Shown: positions 9,618 through 21,062 of the stretch, piece after piece
How positions within the stretch are numbered: position 1 is the first letter of the stretch
How the letters are laid out: each line of letters begins with the position of its first letter
Origin: Candidatus Oxydemutatoraceae bacterium
GTDB taxonomy: Bacteria > Pseudomonadota > Gammaproteobacteria > Poriferisulfidales > Oxydemutatoraceae
Reading direction: 5' to 3'
Length of the DNA: 64,000 nucleotides
Assembly: GCA_965218975.1 (NCBI GenBank)
Contig: OZ244717.1
Location: 1,216,001 to 1,280,000, forward strand
The notes under the pieces: generated by a model
What the model was told of the DNA's origin: nothing
The model's input: only the letters and a program-made list of their open reading frames with translations
Databases searched by the model: none
Translations under genes and position numbers: made by a program

Positions 9618-10652
9618 TTAGGACCTTATCTCGGGAGTTACACAAGATTTTAAGCGATAAATCATAGTAATCATCGCAAGCAGTAGTAATGCGGCCGTGC
9701 CATTATGCGCGATCGCGACTGCTATCGGTAGTGAGTAAACAACATTGGAAATACCTAATGCAATTTGCGCGATCAATAAGAAAAAACCGGCGCCGGCAGC
9801 CATCTTAACAGAAGCGGGTGGTTTTTTTACGAGCAGGCGTAGTAAAAAACCGATGATAAGGATCGCAATGATCAATGCACCCAGACGATGTAGCCAATGG
9901 ATTGCCGTACGTGCGGGACTTTCCAGAGTGCCAAATTCATGACTGAAGCCTTGGTTGTACCATCCGGAGAATATACTGCCAAAATCGATAGCGTCGGGTA
10001 ACCACTTCTGCTGGCAGGTCGGGAAATCAGTACAGGCAAGCGCCGCATAGTTGGAGCTCGTCCATGCACCGAGAAATATTTGCATGACAAGAATCGCGGT
10101 AACAAAAATTGCCAACTTAAAATCCTTATTAGCACCAGTGAAAGCTTGTGTTGCTTGATTGGGTATTGAAGTTAGAATCAGCCACCATAAAATTGCAAGA
10201 ATTGCCATCCCACCGAGCAGATGCATGGAAACAATGATAGGATTAAGCAGTAAAGTAACGGTCCACATGCCAAGCAATCCTTGGAATATCGTGATTACAA
10301 GAAGCGCCAGCGGCAAAACAAATGGCTGCCGTAAATCGTGGCGGTTCAATCCGGCGACGATTCCAATAAACAGAACCAGAATGCCAAACCCCCCGGCAAG
10401 GTAGCGATGGACCATTTCTTTCCATGCCTTGTCTGTTTCTACCACAGGTTGCGGGTAGAACTCATTTGCCCGGTTGATCTCGTCGGTTGTTACCGGCACG
10501 CCAAGCAGATGCCCATAGCATCCCGGCCAATCGGGACAACCAAGACCGGCATCAGATAGACGAACGTAAGCGCCTAAAATGATGACGCATAAGGCCATAA
10601 CTAATCCTATCCGAATTGAGATGTTAAAGATTTTTAAGTAGAAATCAGCCAA
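9618..10652 (-). CDS. ctaA: Heme A synthase
   Basis: GLGCPDWPGC, EMVHR, HWLHR, HNG motifs. Confidence 0.93.
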   Translation of the reverse strand: MADFYLKIFNISIRIGLVMALCVIILGAYVRLSDAGLGCPDWPGCYGHLLGVPVTTDEINRANEFYPQPVVETDKAWKEMVHRYLAGGFGILVLFIGIVAGLNRHDLRQPFVLPLALLVITIFQGLLGMWTVTLLLNPIIVSMHLLGGMAILAILWWLILTSIPNQATQAFTGANKDFKLAIFVTAILVMQIFLGAWTSSNYAALACTDFPTCQQKWLPDAIDFGSIFSGWYNQGFSHEFGTLESPARTAIHWLHRLGALIIAILIIGFLLRLLVKKPPASVKMAAGAGFFLLIAQIALGISNVVYSLPIAVAIAHNGTAALLLLAMITMIYRLKSCVTPEIRS

Positions 10653-11247
10653 TTTTTGATACCCTCAGCAGACTTTTGATGTCCTTGAATATCCCTTTTG
10701 ATGTCGAGTTGTCATTATATTCCAGTATCAAATTTCCGAGAGTATCAATCAGATATATCCTTCCGAAAGTGAAATTTTGCATCTGTTCCGCAATCGGAGA
10801 ATTTACTTTAATTTTTGCAATATGTAATTTCGGATTAAACCGTTTTAATTTTTTCAGAGATGAATCCGACAAGGCATGCGGTGTTAAATACACGGTTTGT
10901 ACGCGGTTCGCTTCTCTTCCCAATGACAAAGGGACTTGCCGCAGTTTAAATAATTCAGCTTCGCAATAGAGATTGCACTCTGCCTCCCCCCAATAAAGCA
11001 AAGTCCATTTACCCTTCAGTAAGCCGGTAACAAGCGGTTGACTGTTTTCATCAAAGCCATCAAGCGGTTTGAGAGTTTGTACTGGGAGAATAAACGTGCC
11101 GTGATTAGTAGTTTTTTGCGGAATGAGCCCGACTACATCGAGATTGAAGTATATCAGCATTGCAATGAATACCGGCCCAAAAAACACTAAAAAAATTCCG
11201 ATGAGGTTGATCTTTGATTGTATGTTGTTAAATTCCTTACCTGACAC
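10645..11247 (-). CDS. Cox-cluster membrane-anchored thioredoxin/SCO-like protein
   Basis: N-terminal TM, TNHG, GKWTLL..CNLYC; lies between SURF1 and ctaA. Confidence 0.75.
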   Translation of the reverse strand: MSGKEFNNIQSKINLIGIFLVFFGPVFIAMLIYFNLDVVGLIPQKTTNHGTFILPVQTLKPLDGFDENSQPLVTGLLKGKWTLLYWGEAECNLYCEAELFKLRQVPLSLGREANRVQTVYLTPHALSDSSLKKLKRFNPKLHIAKIKVNSPIAEQMQNFTFGRIYLIDTLGNLILEYNDNSTSKGIFKDIKSLLRVSKIG

Positions 11248-11251
11248 GGGT

Positions 11252-12004
11252 CTAGCGATGCTTCACTTTCACGTTTAGAACCAGAAAGATAATCAATGCC
11301 GCTAGCGCAAAAGCGAACCACTGTACCGCATAAGCAAGATTTTTATCGGGAGATGTAGCAATCAAAGGCCACTCGCGATAATAGTCTCCCGCTAGTTCCG
11401 GAGACATACGGATTGTAAACGCAGGAAGGTCGGCGCCCAATCTTTCACTCATTTCCGCGTAATTAATATGCGTAACTAATCGTGGCCAACCGGTACTGCC
11501 CTCATCCGATACTCCCACGGCAAAGGGTTTCCCAACGGGTACGTAAACAGTGCCCTCAACTCGCATTGGTTGCGCGTCAATCGACACATCGGGCAGACTG
11601 TCGCGTGAGCTTTTAAGCGCTATCCATCCTCGATCAACTAAAATTAAACTGCTATTAAGACGCTCGAAAGGAGTCATCACATTCAACCCAAGTTTCCCGT
11701 TGCGAATTTGATTATCAAGCAAGAATTGTCGGTCGGCTAAAGGTTTTCCGGTAAAAGAGACTTTTTGATATTGCCATTGTTTAAGGTTTTTGATATCCCC
11801 ATTCGGCAAGGCTAGCATAGGTTGCATCTGTTGCTGTTGATGTTGTCTAAGTAATTCGGCTTTATCATCGGCGCGCTCTAATTGCCATTTGCCCAATCCG
11901 ATAAATAAACTCACACCAAAAACGGTTAGAAATACTGCGAGTAGAGGCGGTTTGAATTGTATCCGTTTGGTTTTCCTGATATTGTTTGGCGGTGTTATAT
12001 CCAT
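11252..12004 (-). CDS. SURF1 family protein
   Basis: LG.WQL.RA, LVDRGW, YAVQWF. Confidence 0.92.
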   Translation of the reverse strand: MDITPPNNIRKTKRIQFKPPLLAVFLTVFGVSLFIGLGKWQLERADDKAELLRQHQQQQMQPMLALPNGDIKNLKQWQYQKVSFTGKPLADRQFLLDNQIRNGKLGLNVMTPFERLNSSLILVDRGWIALKSSRDSLPDVSIDAQPMRVEGTVYVPVGKPFAVGVSDEGSTGWPRLVTHINYAEMSERLGADLPAFTIRMSPELAGDYYREWPLIATSPDKNLAYAVQWFAFALAALIIFLVLNVKVKHR

Positions 12005-12023
12005 TGGCTGAAGGATATTTTAT

Positions 12024-12248
12024 ATGTGGTTCAAAGTTGCTGTTGTTATTTTTCTTCTAGTGATTGTATTTAATCTTGCCTCGGCAATGATATACTTACT
12101 CAAAGATAGGAGTTCTACTAAACGTAGCTTAAAGGCATTAACTTGGCGGATTGGCCTATCGGTAACACTATTCATTTTATTATTGATTGGATTTATGAAC
12201 GGATGGATACAACCTCACTCTGCGATTCCTACCCCTATGTACGAGTGA
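12024..12248 (+). CDS. Twin-TM small protein (DUF2909-like)
   Basis: L..RIGLS motif and GWIQPH, in opposite orientation within the cox cluster as is typical. Confidence 0.85.
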   Translation: MWFKVAVVIFLLVIVFNLASAMIYLLKDRSSTKRSLKALTWRIGLSVTLFILLLIGFMNGWIQPHSAIPTPMYE

Positions 12249-12253
12249 GTGAG

Positions 12254-13129
12254 CTAAATCCAATAAACAAAAACGAATAATCCCAACCACACGACATCAA
12301 CAAAATGCCAGTACCAGGCGGAGGCTTCAAACGCAAAGTGGTGGTCAGGTTTGAAATGTCCTGCAAGGCTACGAAACAGCATCACAGTCAACATTAGTGC
12401 GCCGATCGTCACGTGTAAACCATGAAAGCCGGTTAACATAAAGAAAGTCGAACCATAAATCCCGGAAGTCAAACGCAGATTGAGATCGCTGTACGCATGA
12501 CCATATTCGTATGCTTGTAATCCAACAAAGATAAAGCCTAGAACAACGGTTAGAAGCAAACCTGAATTCAATTGCATTCTATTATTTGATTTTAGTCCGT
12601 GATGCGCCCAAGTTACCGTCACACCGCTGGTTAACAGAATCGCAGTATTGAGTGCTGGAATCCCCCAAGCGCCCATAGGGGTAAACATTCCGCCAATTTC
12701 ACTGGGACCGTTGGCATTGACCGGCCAAATCGCTTCAAAATCAGGCCATAGATAGAAATTAGTCACTGTGCCGGTGCCCTCTCCGCCTAACCAGGGCAGC
12801 GAATAAATTCGCGCATAAAATAACGTACCGAAGAATGCGCCGAAAAACATCACTTCCGAGAAAATAAACCAGAACATTCCCCAGCGGAAAGATACGTCCA
12901 CTTGACTGTTATATGTTCCCGCCTCGCTTTCGCGAATCACCGTGCCAAACCAACCGACAAGCATATATAGAAATACTAAAAGACCGGTCCCCATCAGAAT
13001 CACTCCGGTATCCGAACCGTTGAGCATAGACGCCGCTCCGACCATCAGCAAACTTAGCGCCACCGATCCGAATATCGGCCAAGAACTCGGGTTTGGTATG
13101 TAGTAAGCGGTAGTGTTCCTTTGAGTCAC
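12254..13129 (-). CDS. coxC: Cytochrome c oxidase subunit III
   Basis: FIFSEVMFF, TGFHGLHV, WYWHFVDVVW. Confidence 0.97.
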   Translation of the reverse strand: MTQRNTTAYYIPNPSSWPIFGSVALSLLMVGAASMLNGSDTGVILMGTGLLVFLYMLVGWFGTVIRESEAGTYNSQVDVSFRWGMFWFIFSEVMFFGAFFGTLFYARIYSLPWLGGEGTGTVTNFYLWPDFEAIWPVNANGPSEIGGMFTPMGAWGIPALNTAILLTSGVTVTWAHHGLKSNNRMQLNSGLLLTVVLGFIFVGLQAYEYGHAYSDLNLRLTSGIYGSTFFMLTGFHGLHVTIGALMLTVMLFRSLAGHFKPDHHFAFEASAWYWHFVDVVWLGLFVFVYWI

Positions 13130-13145
13130 GACTTTATCCTGTTAG

Positions 13146-13676
13146 CTATGTTTTAGGAGTCACATCAAAAAGAGTGTATGAAAGTGATACGGTTTTAACA
13201 TTGTCCGGTAGCGCCGGGTCAACAATAAACCGCATTGTTAAAAGCCGTTTTTCACCGGCAGCGAATGTCTGGCTCTCAAAACAAAAACATTCCACTTTGT
13301 TGAAGTATGCCGCTGCGTTAGCTGGCGACAAACTTGGGACCGCTTGCGCAACGATTGTCCGTTGTGTGTGGTTATGTGCGATATAGTCAATGGTGCGCAT
13401 TTCACCCGTATGGGTCGCCATTTTACGTTGTGCCGGTTCGAAATTCATCGCCAGCGATTGATTCAACGTTGCAAGAAACTCTACATTTATGGTACGCATC
13501 TCATCCATCACAACGTTCTCAGCATCGGACTTTTCCATTACTTGGGTTTTCCCATTCAAACCGGTGATATCACAGACAATATCGTATAGGGGTACCAGCG
13601 CAAAACCGAATGCAAACATCGCAACCGACACGGCAACCAGCTTAAACGCGGTTTTTTTTTGCTTATTGCTTTGCAT
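13146..13676 (-). CDS. ctaG: Cox11/CtaG copper assembly protein
   Basis: VPLY..CDITG, KVECFCF. Confidence 0.95.
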   Translation of the reverse strand: MQSNKQKKTAFKLVAVSVAMFAFGFALVPLYDIVCDITGLNGKTQVMEKSDAENVVMDEMRTINVEFLATLNQSLAMNFEPAQRKMATHTGEMRTIDYIAHNHTQRTIVAQAVPSLSPANAAAYFNKVECFCFESQTFAAGEKRLLTMRFIVDPALPDNVKTVSLSYTLFDVTPKT

Positions 13677-13679
13677 CGC

Positions 13680-13784
13680 CTATCTTGCCGCAACCAAAAA
13701 ATAAAAGCCGACGTAAATTGCGGTCGCAGCTAACGCAAGACTTAACGCGGTTATTTTCACGCTGCCGTAATGCTTAATCATCAT
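13680..13784 (-). CDS. 34-aa single-TM small protein of the cox operon (not in ORF track)
   Basis: MMIKHYGSVKITALSLALAATAIYVGFYFLVAAR fills the coxA-ctaG gap; its stop is 3 bp before the ctaG start. Confidence 0.6.
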   Translation of the reverse strand: MMIKHYGSVKITALSLALAATAIYVGFYFLVAAR

Positions 13785-13818
13785 TTGGAGTCATAATTAT
13801 GTGATGAGTAAGATGCGC

Positions 13819-15390
13819 CTACTTAATTTGCGGCGGTGTCGTAAAACTGTGGTACGGTGGCGGCGAAGGCAGTGTCCACTCCAGTCCTTCGGCATTTTCC
13901 CAAACGCGTGAAGTCGCTTTCTCGCCGCTGCGACAGGTTTGTAGCACTAGATAAAGGAACAGCAATTGAGAAAATCCAAATCCGAACGCGCCAATAGTGG
14001 CAAGGACATTATAGTCGGTAAATTGCATATTATAGTCGGGGATACGACGCGGCATTCCGGCAAGTCCGACGAAATGCATCGGAAAAAAAGTCAAATTGAC
14101 AAAAATTGTCGACAACCAAAAATGCCACTTGCCCAGTGTTTCATTGTACATATACCCGGTCCACTTCGGCAGCCAGTAATAGACTGCCGCAATGATGGCA
14201 AAAATTGATCCTGGCACCAGCACATAGTGGAAGTGCGCAACAACGAAGTAAGTATCATGGTATTGATAGTCCGCAGGAGTAATAGCAAGCATCAAACCGG
14301 AAAACCCGCCTAGAGTGAACATTACTATAAAACTGACGGCAAATAACATCGGGGTTTCAAGCGTTAAGGACCCTCGCCACATAGTTGCTACCCAATTAAA
14401 GACTTTCACGCCGGTGGGAACAGCGATTAGCATTGTTGAGAACATAAAAAACAGTTGGCCTGCTAACGGCATGCCGACTGTGAACATGTGATGCGCCCAA
14501 ACAATAAATGATAAAAATGCAATTGATGCGGTTGCGTAAACCATAGAATTATAACCACAGAGCGGTTTGCGCGAAAAAGTCGGAATGATGCTTGAGATCA
14601 CGCCGAACGACGGCAAGATCAGAATGTAAACTTCCGGATGCCCGAAGAACCAAAAAATATGCTGGAACATGACGGGGTCGCCGCCGCCTGCGGCGTTAAA
14701 GAAACTGGTGCCAAAGAATTTATCCGTCAGTAGCATAGTAACGCCCCCGGCAAGTACCGGCATCACGGCGATTAACAAATAGGCAGTAATCAGCCAAGTC
14801 CAAACAAACAGCGGCATTTGCATTAATGTCATGCCTGGTGCACGCATATTCAAGATAGTGGCAATGACGTTAATCGCCCCCAGGATTGAAGACAGCCCCA
14901 GAAAATGAATGGCAAAGATGACAAACGGAAGAGCGTCGCCGGTTTGCAAAGTTAATGGCGGGTAAAGCGTCCATCCTCCGCTCGGCCCCCCGCCATCCAT
15001 GAACAAAGTTGAAAGTAACATAGTGAAGGCAAATGGCAGAATCCAGAAACTCCAGTTGTTGAGTCTAGGCAATGCCATATCGATGCCGCCAATCATCATC
15101 GGAATCAACCAGTTGGCCAGACCGGTAAATGCCGGCATAATGACACCGAAAATCATTACCAGGGCGTGCATGGTGGTCATCGAATTAAAAAATAGAGGGT
15201 CGACAAACTGCAGTCCGGGTTGAAACAGTTCGGAACGGATAATCAACGCCATAAATCCGCCGATAAAAAACATAATCAAAGCGAAAAACAAATAAAGTGT
15301 TCCGATATCTTTATGATTGGTGGTGAACAGCCATCGCTTAATCCCGCTCGTATGTTCTTCGTGATGGTCATCAACCAAGACTGCACTCAT
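13819..15390 (-). CDS. coxA: Cytochrome c oxidase subunit I (A1 type)
   Basis: TNHKDIG, GHPEVY, WAHH, AHFH. Confidence 0.98.
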   Translation of the reverse strand: MSAVLVDDHHEEHTSGIKRWLFTTNHKDIGTLYLFFALIMFFIGGFMALIIRSELFQPGLQFVDPLFFNSMTTMHALVMIFGVIMPAFTGLANWLIPMMIGGIDMALPRLNNWSFWILPFAFTMLLSTLFMDGGGPSGGWTLYPPLTLQTGDALPFVIFAIHFLGLSSILGAINVIATILNMRAPGMTLMQMPLFVWTWLITAYLLIAVMPVLAGGVTMLLTDKFFGTSFFNAAGGGDPVMFQHIFWFFGHPEVYILILPSFGVISSIIPTFSRKPLCGYNSMVYATASIAFLSFIVWAHHMFTVGMPLAGQLFFMFSTMLIAVPTGVKVFNWVATMWRGSLTLETPMLFAVSFIVMFTLGGFSGLMLAITPADYQYHDTYFVVAHFHYVLVPGSIFAIIAAVYYWLPKWTGYMYNETLGKWHFWLSTIFVNLTFFPMHFVGLAGMPRRIPDYNMQFTDYNVLATIGAFGFGFSQLLFLYLVLQTCRSGEKATSRVWENAEGLEWTLPSPPPYHSFTTPPQIK

Positions 15391-15428
15391 TATTTTGTCC
15401 TCTCAATGTAAATGTTGACGTTATTAAA

Positions 15429-16229
15429 TTATTCTGCTGCCGCAACCGGTTTCTGCGCTTTCATATCAGCAACCCATTCACGGTATTCATCCTCAGGCAC
15501 GGCACGTACGACGACCGGCATAAAACCGTGATGTCGTCCGCATAGTTCGGCACATTGCCCACGATACGTGCCGGGTTTATCAATCTTCGTCCATGCTTCG
15601 TTGATGTAACCGGGAATTGCATCTTTTTTCACCGCTAATTCAGGCACCCACCATGCGTGTAGTACATCATTGGATGTGATCAGAAACCGCGCTTTTTTAC
15701 CGACCGGCAGGACCAGCTCATTATCCACTTCCAGCAGATAATGTTCACCTTTTTCTTGCTTGTTGTAAATTTCTTCAAAGGGCGTTTTTAATGTGCTAAA
15801 AAATCCAATATCTTCATCTAAATAATCGTACTCCCACATCCATTGATAACCGGTTATTTTGATTGTCAGGTCCGCTTCGCTGGAGTTTTCCATTTTGATT
15901 AACGTCTGTGAGGCGGGCACTGCCATTACAATTAAAATTGCCAACGGTATCAATGTCCAAATCATTTCTACATATATGCTTTCGTGAAATTGAACGGCTT
16001 GATGCCCTCTGGATTTACGATGCATGATCAGCGAGTAGAGCATGACACCGTAAACAACAATACCGATTGCCACACAAATCCAGAAAATCAACATGTGGAG
16101 ATGAAATACTTCATGGCTGACTTCGGTGACACCAACCGGCATGTTGTACGGTTGAAGTTCGGCATTAGCAGAAGTTGTTATTGTCAGTACGGCAATCAAC
16201 CAAGTTGCGTTAAAGATATTTTTCATCAT
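15429..16229 (-). CDS. coxB: Cytochrome c oxidase subunit II
   Basis: GYQWMW, DVLHAW, CAELCGRHHGFM. Confidence 0.97.
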   Translation of the reverse strand: MMKNIFNATWLIAVLTITTSANAELQPYNMPVGVTEVSHEVFHLHMLIFWICVAIGIVVYGVMLYSLIMHRKSRGHQAVQFHESIYVEMIWTLIPLAILIVMAVPASQTLIKMENSSEADLTIKITGYQWMWEYDYLDEDIGFFSTLKTPFEEIYNKQEKGEHYLLEVDNELVLPVGKKARFLITSNDVLHAWWVPELAVKKDAIPGYINEAWTKIDKPGTYRGQCAELCGRHHGFMPVVVRAVPEDEYREWVADMKAQKPVAAAE

Positions 16230-16773
16230 TATTTCGTTCGGATTGTTACTTGCTCAGGCAATGTCGACGGCCCTCGAATTCGGTGATCAGTTTAGCTCGT
16301 TTGCAAGCGGATGCTTTTCTTTGGTGCTGATAAGCAGGGCAATTCCAAGCTGCAAACCGTAGACCCCGACTCACGATCGCTTAGGCTAACAACACCTGTT
16401 TCAGAGGAGGCTATTTTCGTCCCTGCACATTGGGAAACACAACTTTTTTCGGATGTATTCATTCTGATTGTCGCAATAATTTCATTATTAGTAATCTCAA
16501 TAAACTTCTTCGCGATTATTCTGTCGCTAATACAGATGAAGCGCAATCATATAACATTTCCGGCCCTCCCATTTCAAAATAATCAACCCGTCATGTCATA
16601 ATGTCGGATATGCATAACAAACTCAGAGAAAGACCCTGCTCCCCGGCCAGTTTATCGAACCGTTGGGTTCAATAACAGAGTTTGTTTGTAAACCCAGCCT
16701 CTTTATCACATCTCAATTCAATTATCACAAGAAGCAGAATTATAATATTTTCCAATAGTTTTAAGCAATAGTG

Positions 16774-17790
16774 TGTATAGGTCCATAACATTTGGCACTC
16801 CGGGTGGGGAGTCAGGAGCGATTGTATCGGGGATTGTAACCCCAGTGAATGATGGGGGCGTTGGGTGTTGTAAAACACCAGCCATTGTGCCAATTCCTGG
16901 TTAAAGCAGGCCACATCAGTGAACAGAAGATCCTCGTGGTAGTCCACGAATGATTCCTGCAAGGTGCGGTTGAAGCGCTCGATGTGCGCGTTCATCTTTG
17001 GCGACTTCGGATAGGTCCACCAGTGGGTGATCCGGCGCTGTTTCAACTCGGTCTCGAAGTCCTTCAGCCGCAGGGCGTGTGCGCTGCGCCGACTGCTGCG
17101 GGTAGTGGAAGCCCACGCGAACGCAACGCGCGAGCGCGGGTCAATGAAGGTGAACACGTAGCGGCGCGTCTCACCCTGCCCAAGTGTCCGCACGATTGCG
17201 CGCCTGATCGCGGATGCGCCAGATAAAATGCGCTGTATTCCACAGCGTCTGAATGCCAAAGGACAAACAAAACGACTGTTCAAGCGCCGATGCAAGGCAC
17301 GCAAGCCGAAACATTTCAAAGCACAGTATCCGGAGCATTGCATCGCCCTGGATACGATTGTGCGTTATCAGCACGGAGTGCGCCGCTACGTCTTAACGGC
17401 CATCGATGTCTATACCCGAATGGCAATAGCAGTGGCAATCAACCGCTGTAACAGCTGCAACGCAGCCGCATTCCTGCGCCTAGCAGAATTTCGGCAGCAG
17501 TAAAGTCTTTGAGCTGATGAAACCGTTTTGTGTTTGTTGCCGGATTGTCGGCAAAGTGCCTGTCGTCCATGACGAGACTTGGTTCTGTCAATGAGCGCCA
17601 GCCCCGACGTCCTTGTCGGGTCGTTCGCCGCTGAAAACCGATCGGTTTTCCGGGCGCGTCTCACCCTGCACCGTCCTCATGCCGGCAACGGACAGAAAGC
17701 ACCGATCCGAATGTTATTGCCGAACGCTTCCTCCGAAGCCCTTCAAAAATCCCATTTAGAGTGGCATCGTACAAAGAGTGGCATCGTACA
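16774..17790. mobile_element. Head-to-head hybrid of two IS481-like 3' halves joined at an R tip
   Basis: Type-B end at 16774 with minus-strand transposase, junction GGCGCGTCTCACCCTG at 17163-17178, then plus-strand type-A fragments. Type-A end GAGTGGCATCGTACA is duplicated (17759-17773, 17776-17790). No TSD. Confidence 0.85.
17532..17668 (+). repeat. R cassette (core 17567-17668)
   Basis: Near identical to 601-702. Confidence 0.95.
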
Positions 17791-17874
17791 AACTTTTATG
17801 TTACTATGGCATCTTTGATCAAAGCAATAATTAAGAAATACTTAATACCATTAAATATTTGGATCACAATAATC

Positions 17875-18144
17875 ATGGCATTTACCGTCGAACAAAAAGC
17901 GACGATCGTCCAAAAGCATAGTCGTTCGGCTAATGATACCGGTTCGATAGAGGTGCAGACTGCCCTTTTGACCGCGCGTATTAACGCATTAACCGCATAC
18001 TTTTCTAAGCATAAAAAGGACGCTCACTCGCGCCGTGGTTTGCTCAAAATGGTAAGTGTCCGCCGCCGCTTATTGAAGTATATAAAATCTAAGGACGTAG
18101 AGCGATATAAATCATTGGTTGCTGCGTTGGGATTGCGCTCCTAG
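17875..18144 (+). CDS. rpsO: 30S ribosomal protein S15
   Basis: [27 protein letters not shown]; 89 aa from the ATG at 17875. Confidence 0.97.
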   Translation: MAFTVEQKATIVQKHSRSANDTGSIEVQTALLTARINALTAYFSKHKKDAHSRRGLLKMVSVRRRLLKYIKSKDVERYKSLVAALGLRS

Positions 18145-18159
18145 CAGTAAGTTGGTCTT

Positions 18160-20277
18160 ATGAAAGTTATCCAAAAAGAGTTCCGGTACGGGGAACATAA
18201 AATTGTAATGGAAACCAGGCGTATCGCACGTCAGGCGGATGCGGCGGTGATGGTTACAATGGGCGGTACGGCGGTGTTAGTTAGCATTGTCGGGCGTAAA
18301 GTGGACGAAGGACAAGATTTCTTGCCTTTGACCGTTAATTATCAAGAGAGAACCTATGCCGCAGGAAAGATTCCCGGCGGGTTTTTTAAGCGTGAAAGCC
18401 GTCCGAGTGAGAAGGAAACTTTGGTTTCACGCTTAATTGATCGTCCGCTCAGACCGTTATTTCCCGAAGGTTTCTACAATGAAGTGCAGGTCATTGCGAC
18501 TGTGATGTCGTTAAATCCTGAAGTGGACCCCGATATTCCCGCTATGCTAGGCGCTTTTGCCGCAGTGGAAATTTCCGGGATTCCATTCAACGGTCCGGGG
18601 GCAGGAGCGCGTGTCGGGTTTGTTGAGGGCAATTATGTATTGAATCCTACCGTATCTCAATTAAAAAGTTCCGCGTTGGATTTAGTAGTTGCTGGCTCCA
18701 AGTCAGCCGTGCTAATGGTTGAATCCGAGGCAAATTTGTTGAGTGAAAATCAAATGCTAGGCGCAGTGGTTTACGGACATGAGCAAATGCAAACAGCAAT
18801 TCAGTCTATCAGTGAATTAGCGCAGGAGGCCGGTAAACCTAAATGGGAGTGGCAAGCTGCTCTGTCAAACGCAACGCTTAAGAACACTATTGCCGAAAAA
18901 TTTCAAAGCCTAATTGAAAGTGCTTATACGGTTGGTGATAAAGCGGAGCGCTACGAAAAGTTGGATGAGGTACGTAAACAAGCGGTGAGCGAATTTTCTA
19001 ATGAGGAAACAAGTGAGCACGAAATTAAGCAATATATAAAAGAGATTGAGAGAAAAATTGTACGCCACCGCATTATATCCGGTGAGGGTAGAATTGACGG
19101 GCGCGACACCCGATCGATTAGGCCGATCACTATTGACATCGGTGTTCTACCGCGCACCCATGGCAGTGCCTTATTTACCCGTGGTGAAACCCAAGCGTTA
19201 GTTGTGACAACACTTGGCACGGACCGGGATGCGCAAGTCGTCGACGCAATTGAAGGCGAAAGGCGTGAACGTTTTATGCTGCACTATAACTTTCCACCAT
19301 ACTGTGTCGGAGAGACCGGATTTCTTGGTTCTCCTAAACGGCGTGAAATTGGGCATGGCAAATTAGCGAAACGAGGATTACAAGCTGTAATGCCGGATCA
19401 AACCGAGTTTCCCTACGTGATTCGAGTCGTTTCCGAAATAACTGAGTCCAACGGGTCTAGTTCAATGGCGAGTATTTGCGGGACAAGTTTGTCTTTATTG
19501 GATGCAGGCGTGCCGATCAAAGCGTTGATTGCAGGGATTTCGATGGGTTTAATTCTTGAAAGTGATAAGTTTGCCGTATTGACCGATATTCTCGGTGATG
19601 AAGATCATTTAGGCGATATGGATTTCAAAATTGGCGGTACCCGTGACGGAGTGACCGCATTGCAGATGGACATCAAAGTCGATGGTGTAACTCCCGAGTT
19701 AATGGCGGTTGCGTTAGAACAGGCAAAAGAAGGCAGATTGCATATTCTCGATCAAATGGAGGCAGTGATACGACAACCGAATCCGTTATCCAAATATGCT
19801 CCGCGTTTATTGACGATGACAATCAATCCGGAACGTATCCGTGATGTAATCGGTAAAGGCGGGTCCATGATTCGTTCCATTACGGAAGAAACCGGAACAA
19901 CAATCGACATTGAAGACAGTGGTGTTATCACGATTGCTTCGGTCGATAAGGAAGCGGCTGATCGCGCATGCAAGCGAATTAAAGAGTTAACTGCAAAAGT
20001 TGAGGTCGGAAAAACTTATCTGGGTAAAGTTGCTAAGATTATGGATTTCGGTGCGTTTGTTACAATTTTGCCCGGGCGAGACGGTTTAGTGCATATCTCA
20101 CAAATTGCCAGTGACAAAACCCGGCGAGTCAATAAGGTGAGCGATGAACTCAATGAAGGGGACTCGGTCAATGTTAAAGTGCTTGAAATAGATAAACAAG
20201 GACGAGTTCGTTTAAGTATGCGAGATGTTGCCGGTCACACCGAAGTTGAGGATGCGGAATCTTTCGGTGACAGCTGA
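18160..20277 (+). CDS. pnp: Polyribonucleotide nucleotidyltransferase
   Basis: [30 protein letters not shown] and S1 domains. Confidence 0.98.
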   Translation: MKVIQKEFRYGEHKIVMETRRIARQADAAVMVTMGGTAVLVSIVGRKVDEGQDFLPLTVNYQERTYAAGKIPGGFFKRESRPSEKETLVSRLIDRPLRPLFPEGFYNEVQVIATVMSLNPEVDPDIPAMLGAFAAVEISGIPFNGPGAGARVGFVEGNYVLNPTVSQLKSSALDLVVAGSKSAVLMVESEANLLSENQMLGAVVYGHEQMQTAIQSISELAQEAGKPKWEWQAALSNATLKNTIAEKFQSLIESAYTVGDKAERYEKLDEVRKQAVSEFSNEETSEHEIKQYIKEIERKIVRHRIISGEGRIDGRDTRSIRPITIDIGVLPRTHGSALFTRGETQALVVTTLGTDRDAQVVDAIEGERRERFMLHYNFPPYCVGETGFLGSPKRREIGHGKLAKRGLQAVMPDQTEFPYVIRVVSEITESNGSSSMASICGTSLSLLDAGVPIKALIAGISMGLILESDKFAVLTDILGDEDHLGDMDFKIGGTRDGVTALQMDIKVDGVTPELMAVALEQAKEGRLHILDQMEAVIRQPNPLSKYAPRLLTMTINPERIRDVIGKGGSMIRSITEETGTTIDIEDSGVITIASVDKEAADRACKRIKELTAKVEVGKTYLGKVAKIMDFGAFVTILPGRDGLVHISQIASDKTRRVNKVSDELNEGDSVNVKVLEIDKQGRVRLSMRDVAGHTEVEDAESFGDS

Positions 20278-20335
20278 TTGTTCGCCGTCCGAATCGGCGC
20301 TCCTACGTTATTTCCCACTAAAATTCTCTGATTTC

Positions 20336-20740
20336 TTGATAAATAAAACCATCAGATCGAAAAAGCAGTGGCGTGAGCGGCTGACTGTTGAACAATTTCA
20401 TATTTGCCGCGAAGGTGGGACGGAAACGCCTTTCAGCGGTCAGTATTGCCATTATTCCACACCTGGTAAATACGTCTGTGTATGTTGCGGGGCATTGTTG
20501 TTTTCTTCCGCAGCAAAGTTTGATTCGGGAAGTGGTTGGCCAAGCTTTTATCAACCTTATGATTCTAAAGACTTAAGGGAAGAACAGGATTTTTCACATG
20601 GCGTGGTAAGAACGGAGGTGCGTTGCGGTCGCTGTGATGCACATTTAGGTCATGTTTTCCCCGATGGCCCTGCGCCGACCGGTTTACGTTATTGTATTAA
20701 TTCCGTCGCACTAAACCTTATTGAGAAGCCCGATTTTTAA
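20336..20740 (+). CDS. msrB: Peptide methionine sulfoxide reductase B
   Basis: [36 protein letters not shown]. Start uncertain. Confidence 0.93.
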   Translation: MINKTIRSKKQWRERLTVEQFHICREGGTETPFSGQYCHYSTPGKYVCVCCGALLFSSAAKFDSGSGWPSFYQPYDSKDLREEQDFSHGVVRTEVRCGRCDAHLGHVFPDGPAPTGLRYCINSVALNLIEKPDF

Positions 20741-21062
20741 AACCTCTTCGCTCTTTGCCCCCTCGGATCATTTAAGCAATCTTTTTTTTGCGACCGCCGG
20801 TCGGCAAATGGTTTGTGTACTGATGATGTGAAGCATAATGGGTTTATTATTCTCAGTAACTTATACAATAGTTTAAATCGTTGGGTTTGGTGCGAGAGCA
20901 AGGCACTTGCGCTTTTTAGTGAAAGAATTATTATATTAGGCAATGTTGGTTTGGTTGCTTCATTGGAATGGTAGCCACCATAGCTAAATTCATTGATCAA
21001 CAAATGAGTAAATGAGTTGTTGATTTTGATTAATGTCTTCTAACAAAAAAGGGAGTTGAGGG

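Noticed and set aside
16292-16601. Overlapping 84- and 96-aa ORFs upstream of coxB
   Set aside because: No recognisable motif or RBS; may be promoter DNA or a remnant.
17505-17640. CTGATGA...GAAA as a hammerhead ribozyme
   Set aside because: CTGATGA is coding sequence of the transposase (FELMKPFC), and no compatible stems I-III could be built.
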